Assembly (NCBI GenBank): GCA_900552895.1
Contig: USBK01000003.1
Location: 3,867 to 67,866, forward strand
Direction of reading: 5' to 3'
DNA from: an uncultured Collinsella sp.
GTDB taxonomy: Bacteria; Actinomycetota; Coriobacteriia; Coriobacteriales; Coriobacteriaceae
Length of the DNA stretch: 64,000 bases
Position numbers and translations under genes: made by a program. The notes beneath the pieces were generated by a model. The model did not search any database. It saw nothing but the letters and a program-made list of their open reading frames with translations, and was not told the DNA's origin. Of this stretch, positions 1 through 9,439 are shown piece by piece (within the stretch, counting starts at the first letter, position 1; the number at the start of each line of letters is the position of its first letter).

Positions 1-1394
1 GCGAGGACACCCGTCTGCGCTATCGCTATCTGGACCTCCGTCGTCCCGAGATGATGGCCAACCTCAAGCTGCGCTCCGACTTTACCTTTGCCATTCGCGA
101 GGCGCTGCACAACCGTGAGTTCATGGAGGTCGAGACGCCCTCCCTGTTCAAGTCCACGCCCGAGGGCGCCCGCGACTTCATCGTCCCCAGCCGCATCCAG
201 CCGGGCAACTTCTACGCTCTGCCGCAGTCCCCGCAGCTCCTGAAGCAGCTGCTTATGGTCGGTGGCGTCGAGCGCTACTATCAGGTTGCCAAGTGCTTCC
301 GCGACGAGGACCTGCGTGCCGACCGTCAGCCCGAGTTCACCCAGGTCGATATCGAGATGTCCTTCGTGGACCAGAACGACGTTATGAGCGCGCTCGAAGA
401 GGTCCTGGCCGACGCCTTCGGCCGCATGGGTGTCGAGATGCCCACGCCGCTGCGTCGCATGGACTATTGGGAGGCCATGGACACCTATGGCTCCGACAAG
501 CCCGATACCCGCTACGGCATGCACCTGGTCGACCTGACCGACATCTTTGCCAACTCCAAGTTCAAGGTCTTCGCGACTGCTGCAAACGAGGAGGGCTCTG
601 TCGTCAAGGCCATCAACGCCAAGGGCGCCGGTGCCTGGGCACGTGCCAAGATCGATAAGCTCGCCGGCGTGGCTTCCACGTTTGGCGCTAAGGGCCTGGC
701 CTGGATCGCTTTCCGCGAGGATGGCTCCATCAACAGCCCCATCGTCAAGTTCTTCTCGGACGAGGAGATGGCGGCTCTGCGCGAGCGCATGAACGTCGAG
801 CCCGGCGACCTTGTGATGTTCGCCGCCGGTCCGCGCCTGCTCTCTGACGAGATCCTGGGCGGCATGCGTTCCCACATGGCTAACGCGCTCGAGATCAAGC
901 GCGAGGGCCACGACTTCCTGTGGGTCGTCAACTTCCCGCTGTTCCACTGGGACGAGGATCGCAAGGCCTATGCTGCCGAGCACCAGCCCTTTACCCTGCC
1001 GACCGAGACCGACATCGCCAAGATCGAGGCCGACCCGCTGGCAGCCGGTTCCTGCACCTACGACTTTGTCATGGACGGCTTTGAGGCCGGCGGCGGCGGT
1101 ATGCGTATTCACAACGCCGAGATGCAGATGTCCATGCTCAAGCTCCTGGGCTTTACCGAGGAGCGCGCCGAGTCGCAGTTCGGCTTCCTCATGGAGGCTC
1201 TCAAGTTTGGTGCGCCCCCGATGGGCGGCTTCGCCCTGGGCCTGGACCGCGTATGCATGCTGCTCACCGGTTCCGATTCCATCCGCGACGTCATGGCGTT
1301 CCCCAAGACGGCCAGCGGCTCCGACCTCATGTCGGGCGCCCCGAGTGCTGTTTCTGGTGCCCAGCTCAAGGACGTCAGCCTGCGCCTGATGTAG
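1..1394 (+). CDS. aspS: Aspartate--tRNA ligase, 5' end outside window
   Basis: Frame is open from position 3 (EDTRLRYRYLDLRRPEM). Motifs STPEGARDF, PQSPQL, CFRDEDLRADRQPEFTQVDIE and GxALGLDR are present. Confidence 0.97.
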   Translation, partial: EDTRLRYRYLDLRRPEMMANLKLRSDFTFAIREALHNREFMEVETPSLFKSTPEGARDFIVPSRIQPGNFYALPQSPQLLKQLLMVGGVERYYQVAKCFRDEDLRADRQPEFTQVDIEMSFVDQNDVMSALEEVLADAFGRMGVEMPTPLRRMDYWEAMDTYGSDKPDTRYGMHLVDLTDIFANSKFKVFATAANEEGSVVKAINAKGAGAWARAKIDKLAGVASTFGAKGLAWIAFREDGSINSPIVKFFSDEEMAALRERMNVEPGDLVMFAAGPRLLSDEILGGMRSHMANALEIKREGHDFLWVVNFPLFHWDEDRKAYAAEHQPFTLPTETDIAKIEADPLAAGSCTYDFVMDGFEAGGGGMRIHNAEMQMSMLKLLGFTEERAESQFGFLMEALKFGAPPMGGFALGLDRVCMLLTGSDSIRDVMAFPKTASGSDLMSGAPSAVSGAQLKDVSLRLM

Positions 1395-1417
1395 GCGAGC
1401 GACTACCTATTGCCTGT

Positions 1418-1452
1418 AACGAGGGAAGGACGCGTGCCTTCCCTCGTTTTTT
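1418..1452 (+). terminator. Rho-independent terminator after aspS
   Basis: AACGAGGGAAGG / CCTTCCCTCGTT stem followed by a T run. Confidence 0.8.
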
Positions 1453-1699
1453 ATGCGTCGATGTTTCGAGGGCTTGGGGAGGCCGGGCGTCGCGGAAACT
1501 GCATCCCAGAATTTACGTCCAGAACGGGATACGGTTTCCCGAACAGGGCCCTTTGGGAAAGTGCGACCCAGAATCCAACCAAATAACGGGACACAGTTTC
1601 CGGTTGAGCTTCTGGCGGGCCTCGGCAAGCATCTCACGCTACAATAACTACCACGTGGCTGGGTTTGCCGGCCGAATGTGCGATGCCGCGGGAGGGGAC

Positions 1700-1948
1700 A
1701 TGGTCGAGTTTACAAAGACGATTAAAGATCCGTTGGGACTGCATGCCCGCCCGGTTGCGCTGCTCTACGACATCATTGCCAAGCACCGTAGCGACGTGTC
1801 GGTCAGTATCGGCGAGCGCCATACCGACGGTCGCGATGTGATGGGACTCATGGCGCTCTACGGCGAATGCGGCGAGGACATCGTGTTCCGCGTTTCGGGC
1901 GTGGACGAGGCCTCGTGCGTCACGTCGATCAGAAACCTCTCGCTCTAA
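1700..1948 (+). CDS. HPr-family phosphocarrier protein (82 aa)
   Basis: GLHARP with His at residue 15; RBS GGAGGGG before ATG 1700. Residue 46 is Asp rather than Ser. Confidence 0.9.
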   Translation: MVEFTKTIKDPLGLHARPVALLYDIIAKHRSDVSVSIGERHTDGRDVMGLMALYGECGEDIVFRVSGVDEASCVTSIRNLSL

Positions 1949-1957
1949 AGCGCAACA

Positions 1958-1988
1958 ATGTGACGAAGGGACAGTCCCTTTGTCACAT
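1958..1988. repeat. REP-like palindrome with GGGACAG core (family B-related)
   Basis: ATGTGACGAAGGG-ACAGT-CCCTTTGTCACAT hairpin. Confidence 0.6.
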
Positions 1989-2043
1989 CTTTCTTTGTTG
2001 CATATAGGAAACTTTTCCGAAAACTGAATAGGGACCCTTTCCA

Positions 2044-2097
2044 AAAAGTTAGCCACGTGCTAGTTTACTGTAGCGAACATAGACGTGGTTAACTTTT
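2044..2097. promoter_or_regulatory. Inverted repeat upstream of feoA, probable metal-repressor operator region
   Basis: AAAAGTTAGCCACGT ... ACGTGGTTAACTTTT (one mismatch). Shares the AAGTTAG half-site with the box at 2673. Confidence 0.55.
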
Positions 2098-2140
2098 GCT
2101 GCGTCGATGTTGAGGACGAACTGACGTTAGGAGCACACTC

Positions 2141-2383
2141 ATGTCTTGCGGACCGCAGATGCCGGCCATGCCGCTTTCGATGGTGAAAGCGGGCGAAACC
2201 GTGCACGTGTCTCGTGTAAAGGGCAATGAGGACATGAAGCACCATCTTAAGGACCTCGGCTTTGTCGAGGGCAACGAGGTTCACGTGGTGAGCTCGAGTG
2301 GCGCCAATATCATCGTCACCGTGCTCGGCGCGCGCTTTGGCATCGATACCAAGGTCGCCATGCACATCATGACTGTCGGTTAG
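2141..2383 (+). CDS. feoA: Ferrous iron transport protein A
   Basis: LSMVKAGE...HLKDLGFVEG SH3-like FeoA pattern; RBS AGGAG; upstream of feoB. Confidence 0.88.
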   Translation: MSCGPQMPAMPLSMVKAGETVHVSRVKGNEDMKHHLKDLGFVEGNEVHVVSSSGANIIVTVLGARFGIDTKVAMHIMTVG

Positions 2384-2422
2384 TTCGCAGCATTCCATAA
2401 AAGCTGAAAGGGGGAAAAGAAT

Positions 2423-2644
2423 ATGAAGACGTTGGGTGACGTTAAGGTGGGCGAGAGCTCTACCATCGTCAAACTTCACGGCGAGGGCGCACTTCGCCGT
2501 CACCTTATGGACCTGGGGCTCATCAAGGGCACTTCGTTCAAGGTCGTAAAGGTTGCACCGCTCGGAGATCCGGTCGAGATCAACGTGCGCGGCTACGAGC
2601 TCTCCATCCGCAAGGAGGAGGCTGCCGTCGTCGAGGTCCAGTAA
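2423..2644 (+). CDS. feoA: Ferrous iron transport protein A (second copy)
   Basis: LRRHLMDLGLIKG...APLGDPVEINVRGYELSIRKEEA. Confidence 0.95.
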   Translation: MKTLGDVKVGESSTIVKLHGEGALRRHLMDLGLIKGTSFKVVKVAPLGDPVEINVRGYELSIRKEEAAVVEVQ

Positions 2645-2672
2645 GGGCCGACGACGAATATTTCTGCAGATA

Positions 2673-2692
2673 AAGTTAGGTTTTTCTAACTT
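2673..2692. promoter_or_regulatory. DtxR/IdeR/MntR-like operator upstream of feoB
   Basis: Palindrome AAGTTAG-N6-CTAACTT matching the TTAG-N6-CTAA core of DtxR-family boxes. Confidence 0.6.
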
Positions 2693-2767
2693 AAACTTGC
2701 AACGTTGAAGCACATTATCCAGCCCGCGCGGAGAAAGCAGCGCGGGCACACAAGGAAGAAGGATTGA

Positions 2768-5095
2768 ATGGCGGATTCTCAGATCCATGTCGCGCTGGCG
2801 GGTAACCCCAACTGCGGCAAGACCACGCTTTTCAACCTGATCACCGGCGCCAACGGCTACGTTGGCAACTGGCCCGGCGTCACGGTTGAGAAAAAGGAAG
2901 CCAAGCTCCTGAGTGACAAGAACGTTACCATCACGGACCTCCCCGGCATCTACTCGCTTTCCCCCTATAGCCCCGAGGAGCAGTGCTCGCGCGATTACCT
3001 CATGAGCGGCGAGCCCGATGTCGTCGTCCAGGTGGTCGACGCCACCAACTTGGAGCGCAACCTGTACCTGGCGCTTCAGGTTATCGAGACCGGCCTGCCC
3101 GTGGTCGTCGCCCTCAACATGGCCGACTTGGTCGAGAAGAACGGCGACAAGATCGACACGGACAAGCTCTCCAAGAAGCTCGGCTGCCCGGTCATGATGA
3201 TCTCGGCCCTTAAGAACAAGGGCATCAACGAGCTGTTCGAGCAGGTCAAGAAGTCCGCTGCTTCCAAGGGCCAGGTGCCGGAGCACAAGTTCGATTCCTC
3301 CATCGAGGACGTTCTGGACCACATCGAGAACAATCTGCCGGCGAGCGTTCCCGCCAACAAGCGTCGCTACTACGCCGTCAAGCTGTTCGAGCGCGACGCG
3401 GACGCCTGCAAGCTCATCAACCTCACTAAGGAGAAGGCCGCTCGCGTCGAGCAGCTGGTCGCCCAGTGCGAGCAGGATTGCGACGACGACGCCGAGTCCA
3501 TCATCACCGGCGAGCGCTACGGCGTGATCGCCCACATCATCGACGAGTGCCTCACCAAGGCTCCGGCCAAGATGAGCACCTCCGAGAAGATCGACCGTGT
3601 GGTTACCAACCGTATCTTGGGCCTGCCGATCTTTGTGGTCATCATGTTCTGCGTGTACTACATTGCCGTCTCTACCTTGGGCGGCACGGTGACCGACTTC
3701 ACCAACGACCAGCTCTTTGGCACCGACGGTTGGTATGTGCTCGGCCAGGGCCGCGACGCCTACGACGCAGCTGTTGAGGCTGCGGGTGACGCCGCCGACT
3801 CGGTCGACCCGGCGCAGTACGGCCCCTATGTCCCGGGTATTACCACCGTGGTGCACGACGCCCTTGTGGCGGGTGGTACCGAGGACGGCGGCCTGGTTGA
3901 TTCGCTGGTCTGCGACGGTATCGTCGGCGGCTTAGGCGCCATCTTCGGCTTCGTTCCGCAGATGTTCCTGCTCTTTGTGATGCTGTCCTTCCTGGAGGAC
4001 TGCGGCTACATGGCCCGTGTCGCCTTCATCATGGACCGCGTGTTCCGCCGGTTTGGCCTGTCCGGTAAGTCCTTTATCCCCATGCTCGTGTCCTCGGGCT
4101 GCGGCGTCCCCGGCGTCATGGCCACCAAGACCATCGAGAACGAGAAGGACCGTCGCATGACGGTCATGACCACCACGTTCATTCCCTGTGGCGCTAAGCT
4201 GCCGATCATTGCCCTGCTCATGGGTTCCATCATCGGCGATTCCTCCACCACCGCCGCGTGGATCAGCCCGCTCTTCTACTTCCTGGGCGTCTTTGCCGTC
4301 ATTGCTTCGGGCCTCATGCTCAAGAAGACCAAGCTCTTCGCCGGTCGCCCGACGCCGTTTGTTATGGAGCTTCCGGCCTATCACTTCCCGGCGATCCGTT
4401 CTTGGGCGCTGCACGTGTGGGAGCGCTGCTGGGCCTTTATCAAGAAGGCCGGTACGGTCATCTTCGCTTCCACCGTCGTGGTTTGGTTCCTCTCCAACTT
4501 TGGTAGCTACAACGGTGCCTTTGGCTTCCTGCCTGCGATGGACGGCATCCCCGAGGAGTTCATGGATTACTCCGTGCTTGCCATGCTCGGCAACCTGGTC
4601 GCTTGGATCTTCGCCCCGCTCGGCTTTAGCACCTGGCAGGCCACGGCGCTGACCGTCTCGGGTCTTGTCGCCAAGGAGAACGTTGTTGCCACCGCCGGCT
4701 CGCTGCTGTCCGTTGCCGACGCCGCCGAGACCGACCCGAGCCTGTGGACCGCGTTTGCCGCCATGTTCCCGACCATGGGCGCTTGCGTTGCCTTTGGCGC
4801 TTTCAACCTGCTGTGCGCTCCGTGCTTTGCCGCCATGGGCACCATCCGCAACCAGATGGACTCCGGCAAGTGGACCGCGATTGCCATCGGCTACGAGTGC
4901 GCCTTCGCTTGGGTCATCGGCCTGTTCATCAACCAGTTCTACAACCTGCTTGTCCTTGGCCAGTTTGGTATCTGGACGGTTGTGGCCATCGTGCTGCTGG
5001 TTGCGATGCTCTTCCAGATCTTCCGTCCCATGCCCAAGCACGCTTGGACCGACGAGGATGAGACCAACACCGCTTCCGCCGCAGTTTCCGCTTAA
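2768..5095 (+). CDS. feoB: Ferrous iron transporter B
   Basis: G-domain motifs GNPNCGKT, VGNWPGVTVE, DLPG, NMAD, plus a membrane domain with LEDCGYMAR and PCxA. Confidence 0.97.
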   Translation: MADSQIHVALAGNPNCGKTTLFNLITGANGYVGNWPGVTVEKKEAKLLSDKNVTITDLPGIYSLSPYSPEEQCSRDYLMSGEPDVVVQVVDATNLERNLYLALQVIETGLPVVVALNMADLVEKNGDKIDTDKLSKKLGCPVMMISALKNKGINELFEQVKKSAASKGQVPEHKFDSSIEDVLDHIENNLPASVPANKRRYYAVKLFERDADACKLINLTKEKAARVEQLVAQCEQDCDDDAESIITGERYGVIAHIIDECLTKAPAKMSTSEKIDRVVTNRILGLPIFVVIMFCVYYIAVSTLGGTVTDFTNDQLFGTDGWYVLGQGRDAYDAAVEAAGDAADSVDPAQYGPYVPGITTVVHDALVAGGTEDGGLVDSLVCDGIVGGLGAIFGFVPQMFLLFVMLSFLEDCGYMARVAFIMDRVFRRFGLSGKSFIPMLVSSGCGVPGVMATKTIENEKDRRMTVMTTTFIPCGAKLPIIALLMGSIIGDSSTTAAWISPLFYFLGVFAVIASGLMLKKTKLFAGRPTPFVMELPAYHFPAIRSWALHVWERCWAFIKKAGTVIFASTVVVWFLSNFGSYNGAFGFLPAMDGIPEEFMDYSVLAMLGNLVAWIFAPLGFSTWQATALTVSGLVAKENVVATAGSLLSVADAAETDPSLWTAFAAMFPTMGACVAFGAFNLLCAPCFAAMGTIRNQMDSGKWTAIAIGYECAFAWVIGLFINQFYNLLVLGQFGIWTVVAIVLLVAMLFQIFRPMPKHAWTDEDETNTASAAVSA

Positions 5096-5124
5096 GTCCG
5101 AATAAGGATTAGCCCCTTTCCACG

Positions 5125-5157
5125 AGCCCGGGTGTCCCAGCGACACTCGGGCTTTTT
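5125..5157 (+). terminator. Terminator after feoB
   Basis: AGCCCGGGTGTC / GACACTCGGGCT stem plus T run. Confidence 0.7.
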
Positions 5158-5168
5158 GGTGGGGGAGA

Positions 5169-5224
5169 TGTGGCGTTTCCGCAGATAAAACCGACCAAAA
5201 TAAACCTGTCCCTTTTTGGTAGGT
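5169..5224 (-). repeat. GGGACAGG-core palindromic repeat, inverted copy of the element at 40515-40570
   Basis: Reverse complement ACCTACCAAAAAGGGACAGGTTTATTTTGGTCGGTTTTATCTGCGGAAACGCCA matches 40515 onward. Confidence 0.75.
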
Positions 5225-5270
5225 GGAGAATGGGGTAAAGTAAGTGGTGGTTAACTAGAGGAGGCTTGCT

Positions 5271-5471
5271 ATGGCACCTATCGATATTGTTGTACTGGCT
5301 GTTATCGGCATTGCGTTTGCCGCCGTGTGCGTGCGCATCTACCGCAAGGGCACCTGCGCCGACTGCGCTCAGGGTGGCGTTTGCACGGGGCATTGTTCTA
5401 ACAAAAAAACCTGCGCCGCGCTTAAGGGCGTAGACAAGATCGCCGAAGACTTGGGTCGCGGTATCAAATAA
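5271..5471 (+). CDS. FeoB-associated Cys-rich membrane protein
   Basis: 66 aa, N-terminal TM helix, then CxxC...C..HC...C; RBS GAGGAGG; directly downstream of feoB. Confidence 0.8.
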   Translation: MAPIDIVVLAVIGIAFAAVCVRIYRKGTCADCAQGGVCTGHCSNKKTCAALKGVDKIAEDLGRGIK

Positions 5472-5574
5472 GGTCCAGGCATCCAGGCGCCTCGCGAGTA
5501 TCCGTTCGCGGGGCGCTTTGTGCATTTGGACGCGAGCGCGGCGAGTTGAAGAGTATTTTTGGGGTATCGCTAAC

Positions 5575-5664
5575 TATGTGGTCAACGGCCCGCTCACCGT
5601 GGTTCATGCCGTGGCAGGCGCTAAGCTCGCCGTCGAAGGCATGACCAACTACCTGGGCCTCTAA
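5575..5664 (+). pseudogene. 3' remnant of a GltD/PreT-like NAD(P)-dependent oxidoreductase gene
   Basis: Translates YVVNGPLTVVHAVAGAKLAVEGMTNYLGL*, resembling the GDxVxGPxTVVxAxxxG...YL C-terminus. No recognisable 5' part. Confidence 0.6.
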
Positions 5665-5752
5665 CTCCATCCCACCCATCAGTTGCGGTGAAATACGGAC
5701 TGTTTTGGCTGTCAAAGGCCTCATCTACTCCGTATTCCACCGCAACTTTTTT
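5638..5752 (+). repeat. 115-bp direct repeat, left of kdp locus, containing family C palindrome (5681-5747)
   Basis: Ungapped match to 14054-14168; core AGTTGCGGTGAAATACGGA...CCGTATTCCACCGCAACT. Confidence 0.9.
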
Positions 5753-5762
5753 GTGGGGTGGG

Positions 5763-6467
5763 CTAGAGACGCTGCATGCGGTACCCGACACCCATGTGCG
5801 TCTGAATCATCTTGGGGTGAGAGGGGTCTGCCTCGATCTTCTTGCGCAGGGTGCGCATGAACACGCGCAGGCTCGCCAGATCGCTGTCCCAGCTCGTGCC
5901 CCATATCTCGCGGGTGATGAAGGTGTGGGTGAGCACCTTGTCGACGTTTTTCGCCAGAAGGACGAGCAATTTGTACTCGGTTGGGGTGAGCGAGAGCTCG
6001 CGTCCGTCTTTCGTCGCGTATCCCGCGGCGTAGTCGATATGCAGCGGACCGTTGTCGAACGTGCTCGCTTCTGTCGACTCGCTCGACGCCATCGAGGAGC
6101 GCCTCAAATTCGCACGGACGCGCGCGAGCAACTCATCCACAGAAAAGGGCTTGGTGAGGTAGTCGTCTGCCCCTGCGTCAAGTGCTGCAATCTTGTCGGA
6201 ATCTTCGGAGCGCGCCGAAATGACGATAATGGGGACTGCCGACCAGCTTCTGATCTTCGTGATGACCTCGATACCGTCAATGTCGGGAAGGCCGAGGTCG
6301 AGCATGATGAGGCTGGGACCGTGCGACACCGCATCCATGATGGCAGCCTGGCCGTTGCAAACCTTGCTCACGACGTAGCCGTGGAGGTCAAGCGCGGTCG
6401 AAACGAGGTTTTGAACGGTCAGGTCATCTTCGACCAGGAGGATGCGTGGCTTAGCGGCATTATTCAT
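5763..6467 (-). CDS. kdpE: KdpE response regulator
   Basis: ILLVEDD, MLDLGLPDIDG, GADDYLTKPF and OmpR wHTH; start MNNAAK overlaps the kdpD stop. Confidence 0.93.
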   Translation of the reverse strand: MNNAAKPRILLVEDDLTVQNLVSTALDLHGYVVSKVCNGQAAIMDAVSHGPSLIMLDLGLPDIDGIEVITKIRSWSAVPIIVISARSEDSDKIAALDAGADDYLTKPFSVDELLARVRANLRRSSMASSESTEASTFDNGPLHIDYAAGYATKDGRELSLTPTEYKLLVLLAKNVDKVLTHTFITREIWGTSWDSDLASLRVFMRTLRKKIEADPSHPKMIQTHMGVGYRMQRL

Positions 6468-9195
6468 GAATCTCGATCTCCTCGGCGGGCAGGGTAAAAC
6501 GGAAGACGGCCCCATGGGGGTGGTTGTCGCGAACTTCGATGACGCCGCCATGTGCCTCCACGATGGAGCGGCAGAGCGACAGCCCAAGGCCGATGCTTCG
6601 ACGCGAATCCACGGGCTGCGTATTGCTTGAGGTGAAGAAGCGCTCAAAGATATGAGGCTTGTCGCAGTCTGCCACACCCGGCCCATCGTCTGCGACGTCC
6701 ACCACGACGAACGCACCCTCGCGACGTGCGCTGATGGTGACAGTCGAGTCCTCGGGCGTGTATTTGAAGGCGTTCATGATGAGATTCGTAAGCACCTGCA
6801 TGATGAGATGGACGTCGATGCGTACCAGCAGGATGTCGTCAGTGTGCTCGATGGTGACGGCACGTCCATGCGATGCTTGGGCGACATGGCTGAGGGCGGC
6901 CTCGATGACCTCGTCGATGAGCTCGGATGTTAAGTTGAGGCGAATGGTGCCGTCCTCGACGCGTGTGATGGCGAGGAGGTTCTCCACGGTATCGATAAGC
7001 CAGAGGGAGTCATCGTAGATGGCATCGGCAAGATCGCAGCGTTGTTCGAGGCTAAGCCTCTCGTCGCTCTTCCGAAGGATTGCCGCAGATCCGGATATAG
7101 CCGTGAGGGGTGTCCTCAAATCGTGGCCGATGGAGCGCAAAAGGTTGGCGCGCAGCTGCTCGTTTTTCGCCAAGACCGCAGCCTCTTCGCGCTCTTGCGC
7201 CGCCCGGTCACTTTCGAGCGCCAAGGCGCATTCACCTACGATAGATAGGACGATCGAATGCTCGAAGGCTTCGATCTCGCGCCCCTCCAGGTCGATGCCG
7301 ATGACACCGAATACCTTGTCGCCGGTGCGAACCGCGAGGTAGAGACAGCGCGCCTCAGGCAGGGTCCGCGTGCTTGCGCCCGCGCGCTTGTTGTTGGTGT
7401 AGGTCCAGGTTGCAACGGCGCGCTCGTAGTCGGTGAGCAGCGACGCGGATCGGTTTTCGGTGCCAGCTGACTCATAGAGCGCCTTGCCGAGCGTGCCGTG
7501 TTCGGCGGTGTAGAAGACCACGTCGAGTTTTAGCAGTTTGACGAGTTGGTTCATGGCGACGCGGGCACACTCCTCCGCGCTATGGGCTTGCTGCAAGAGC
7601 TGGTTCGTTTCGAGGAGTACGCGCGTTTTGAATGCGTTCTCGGCGGAGGTACGGGCGTTGTCGGCGATGCGCGCAGTTAACTCGCCGGCGACCATAGCGG
7701 TAGCGAACATGATGCCGAACGTGACCAGATAGCTTCGGTCGTAGCTGGCGAGCGAAAACAGAGGCGTGACGAAGCAGAAGTTGTAAAGCACTACAGAGAG
7801 TACGCTCGATACGATCGTGCAGATACGCCCCGTCGTGGTGACGGCGGTCAGCAGGGCCGTGAGGATATAGAGGGATATGATGCTGGAATCGGCAAATCCC
7901 AGATGGCGGAAAGCCGTGCCGATCGCCGTGGCGACAAGAGAGAGGGCCAGCGTGCGAAGCACGTCTCGGCTGCTGGGCGGCTGCAGGGCGACCGCGCGGC
8001 GGCGTCCTTTGGGCCGGGAGGGCGGAGTCGACTGGTCTGGAATGATGTAAATGTCGAGGTTCGGGGCGAATGTTATGAGCTGTTCTACGAGAGATTTGCG
8101 GCCGAAGAGGGCCTGACGGACGCTGCTGCGCTCGCCCGTGCGCCCCATGACGATCTTCGAAATACCCGACAGGCGCGCGAACTCGGAGATCTGAAACGCG
8201 ATGTCGTCGCCATAGACGGTTTCCATATGTGCTCCGAGCTGCTCGGCTAGGGCGATATTGGCTGCAAGCTTGGCGCGCTCATCATCGCTCATGGCTTGCG
8301 TGCGCGGGCTCTCTACGAACAGGGCGACGAGCTCGCTGCGAAACGCTTTCGCCATGCGTGCGGCGGCACGGACGATGCGGGGATTGGTCGGCGCCGGGGA
8401 GACACAGACTAAGATACGCTCCCTGGTGTAGTAGTCACGGTTTCCCAGCACGCGTGCGGCATCTGTGAGGTGGCCGGTGCGATCGGCGCAGCGGCGCAGC
8501 GCGATTTCTCGGAGTGCGGTGAGGTTCTCGACGGTAAAAAAATGCTGTTGCGCTCGGTCGGCTTGTGCGGGACGGTAGACGAGGCCGGCGCGAAGGCGCT
8601 CAAGTAGGTCTTCGGGCTCTATGTCGACGAGCTCGACCTGGTCGGCATCATCGAAGATACGGTCGGGGATTCGTTCGCTCACGACAACGCCGGTGATGGA
8701 TGCAACCATGTCGTTTAGGCTCTCGATGTGCTGAACGTTCACGGTCGTATAGACGTCGATGCCCGCATGTAGAAGTTCCTCGACGTCTTGATAGCGTTTG
8801 TCGTGGCGAGACCCCGGCGCATTCGTATGGGCAAGCTCGTCGACAAGGATGAGCTGAGGGGCGCGTTCGATAGCCGTATCTAGATCGAACTCGCTGAGCG
8901 CAATGCCGTTGTGCTCGATGAGTTTACAGGGCACGTTCTCAAGCCCTTGTGCAAGATGGGCAGTTGCTGGACGTTCGTGCGGCTCGATGTATCCCGCGAC
9001 GACATCGACACCTCGCCGCTTGGCGGCGTGGGCGGCTTGAAGCATCGCATAGGTTTTACCTGTGCCAGCAGCGTAGCCAAAGAAAATCTTGAGGTGTCCC
9101 CGGCTGGTTCGAGCGTCGTCGGCGACCTCGTCTTTCTCAATTGCCTTGAGGATGAGGTCTGGATTGACGCGAGTGTCCGATGCGTCGCGCTGCAT
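6460..9195 (-). CDS. kdpD: KdpD sensor histidine kinase
   Basis: LKIFFGYAAGTGKTYAML, LILVDELAHTN, Usp domain, 4 TM, HDLRTPL and HATPase. Start MQRD with RBS AGAAAGG. Confidence 0.96.
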   Translation of the reverse strand: MQRDASDTRVNPDLILKAIEKDEVADDARTSRGHLKIFFGYAAGTGKTYAMLQAAHAAKRRGVDVVAGYIEPHERPATAHLAQGLENVPCKLIEHNGIALSEFDLDTAIERAPQLILVDELAHTNAPGSRHDKRYQDVEELLHAGIDVYTTVNVQHIESLNDMVASITGVVVSERIPDRIFDDADQVELVDIEPEDLLERLRAGLVYRPAQADRAQQHFFTVENLTALREIALRRCADRTGHLTDAARVLGNRDYYTRERILVCVSPAPTNPRIVRAAARMAKAFRSELVALFVESPRTQAMSDDERAKLAANIALAEQLGAHMETVYGDDIAFQISEFARLSGISKIVMGRTGERSSVRQALFGRKSLVEQLITFAPNLDIYIIPDQSTPPSRPKGRRRAVALQPPSSRDVLRTLALSLVATAIGTAFRHLGFADSSIISLYILTALLTAVTTTGRICTIVSSVLSVVLYNFCFVTPLFSLASYDRSYLVTFGIMFATAMVAGELTARIADNARTSAENAFKTRVLLETNQLLQQAHSAEECARVAMNQLVKLLKLDVVFYTAEHGTLGKALYESAGTENRSASLLTDYERAVATWTYTNNKRAGASTRTLPEARCLYLAVRTGDKVFGVIGIDLEGREIEAFEHSIVLSIVGECALALESDRAAQEREEAAVLAKNEQLRANLLRSIGHDLRTPLTAISGSAAILRKSDERLSLEQRCDLADAIYDDSLWLIDTVENLLAITRVEDGTIRLNLTSELIDEVIEAALSHVAQASHGRAVTIEHTDDILLVRIDVHLIMQVLTNLIMNAFKYTPEDSTVTISARREGAFVVVDVADDGPGVADCDKPHIFERFFTSSNTQPVDSRRSIGLGLSLCRSIVEAHGGVIEVRDNHPHGAVFRFTLPAEEIEIHE

Positions 9196-9306
9196 AGCGT
9201 AGCCTTTCTGAAGCGTTGTCCATGCGTGCATACGCGGTGAGGGCGCCGCTGTATGCACGCGAGGTCGAGTATAGGCGCACTGCAGCAGCAATAGTGCTTT
9301 CTACCT

Positions 9307-9328
9307 GCATCTTTACGGCATCTTAAGG
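9307..9328 (+). promoter_or_regulatory. Putative KdpE binding site
   Basis: Tandem 11-bp direct repeat GCATCTTTACG/GCATCTTAAGG (OmpR-type spacing) in the divergent kdpD-kdpF spacer. Confidence 0.55.
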
Positions 9329-9439
9329 TCGTGAGCCCCAGCCCTCACGCCTCTTTAATCCCTAGAAGCGTTTACTGTCCCCAGGCGCTTGCGAGAGCAG
9401 GCGTCCGAGGCATCGGACCGCGCGTGAAAGGGGCGGTGA

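Noticed and set aside
1253..1699. N-terminal extension of the HPr ORF (231 aa)
   Set aside because: It overlaps aspS and crosses its terminator; the RBS and His15 register place the start at 1700.
9196..9439. c-di-AMP (ydaO) riboswitch upstream of kdp
   Set aside because: No recognisable ydaO consensus; the local KdpDE system and tandem repeat explain regulation.
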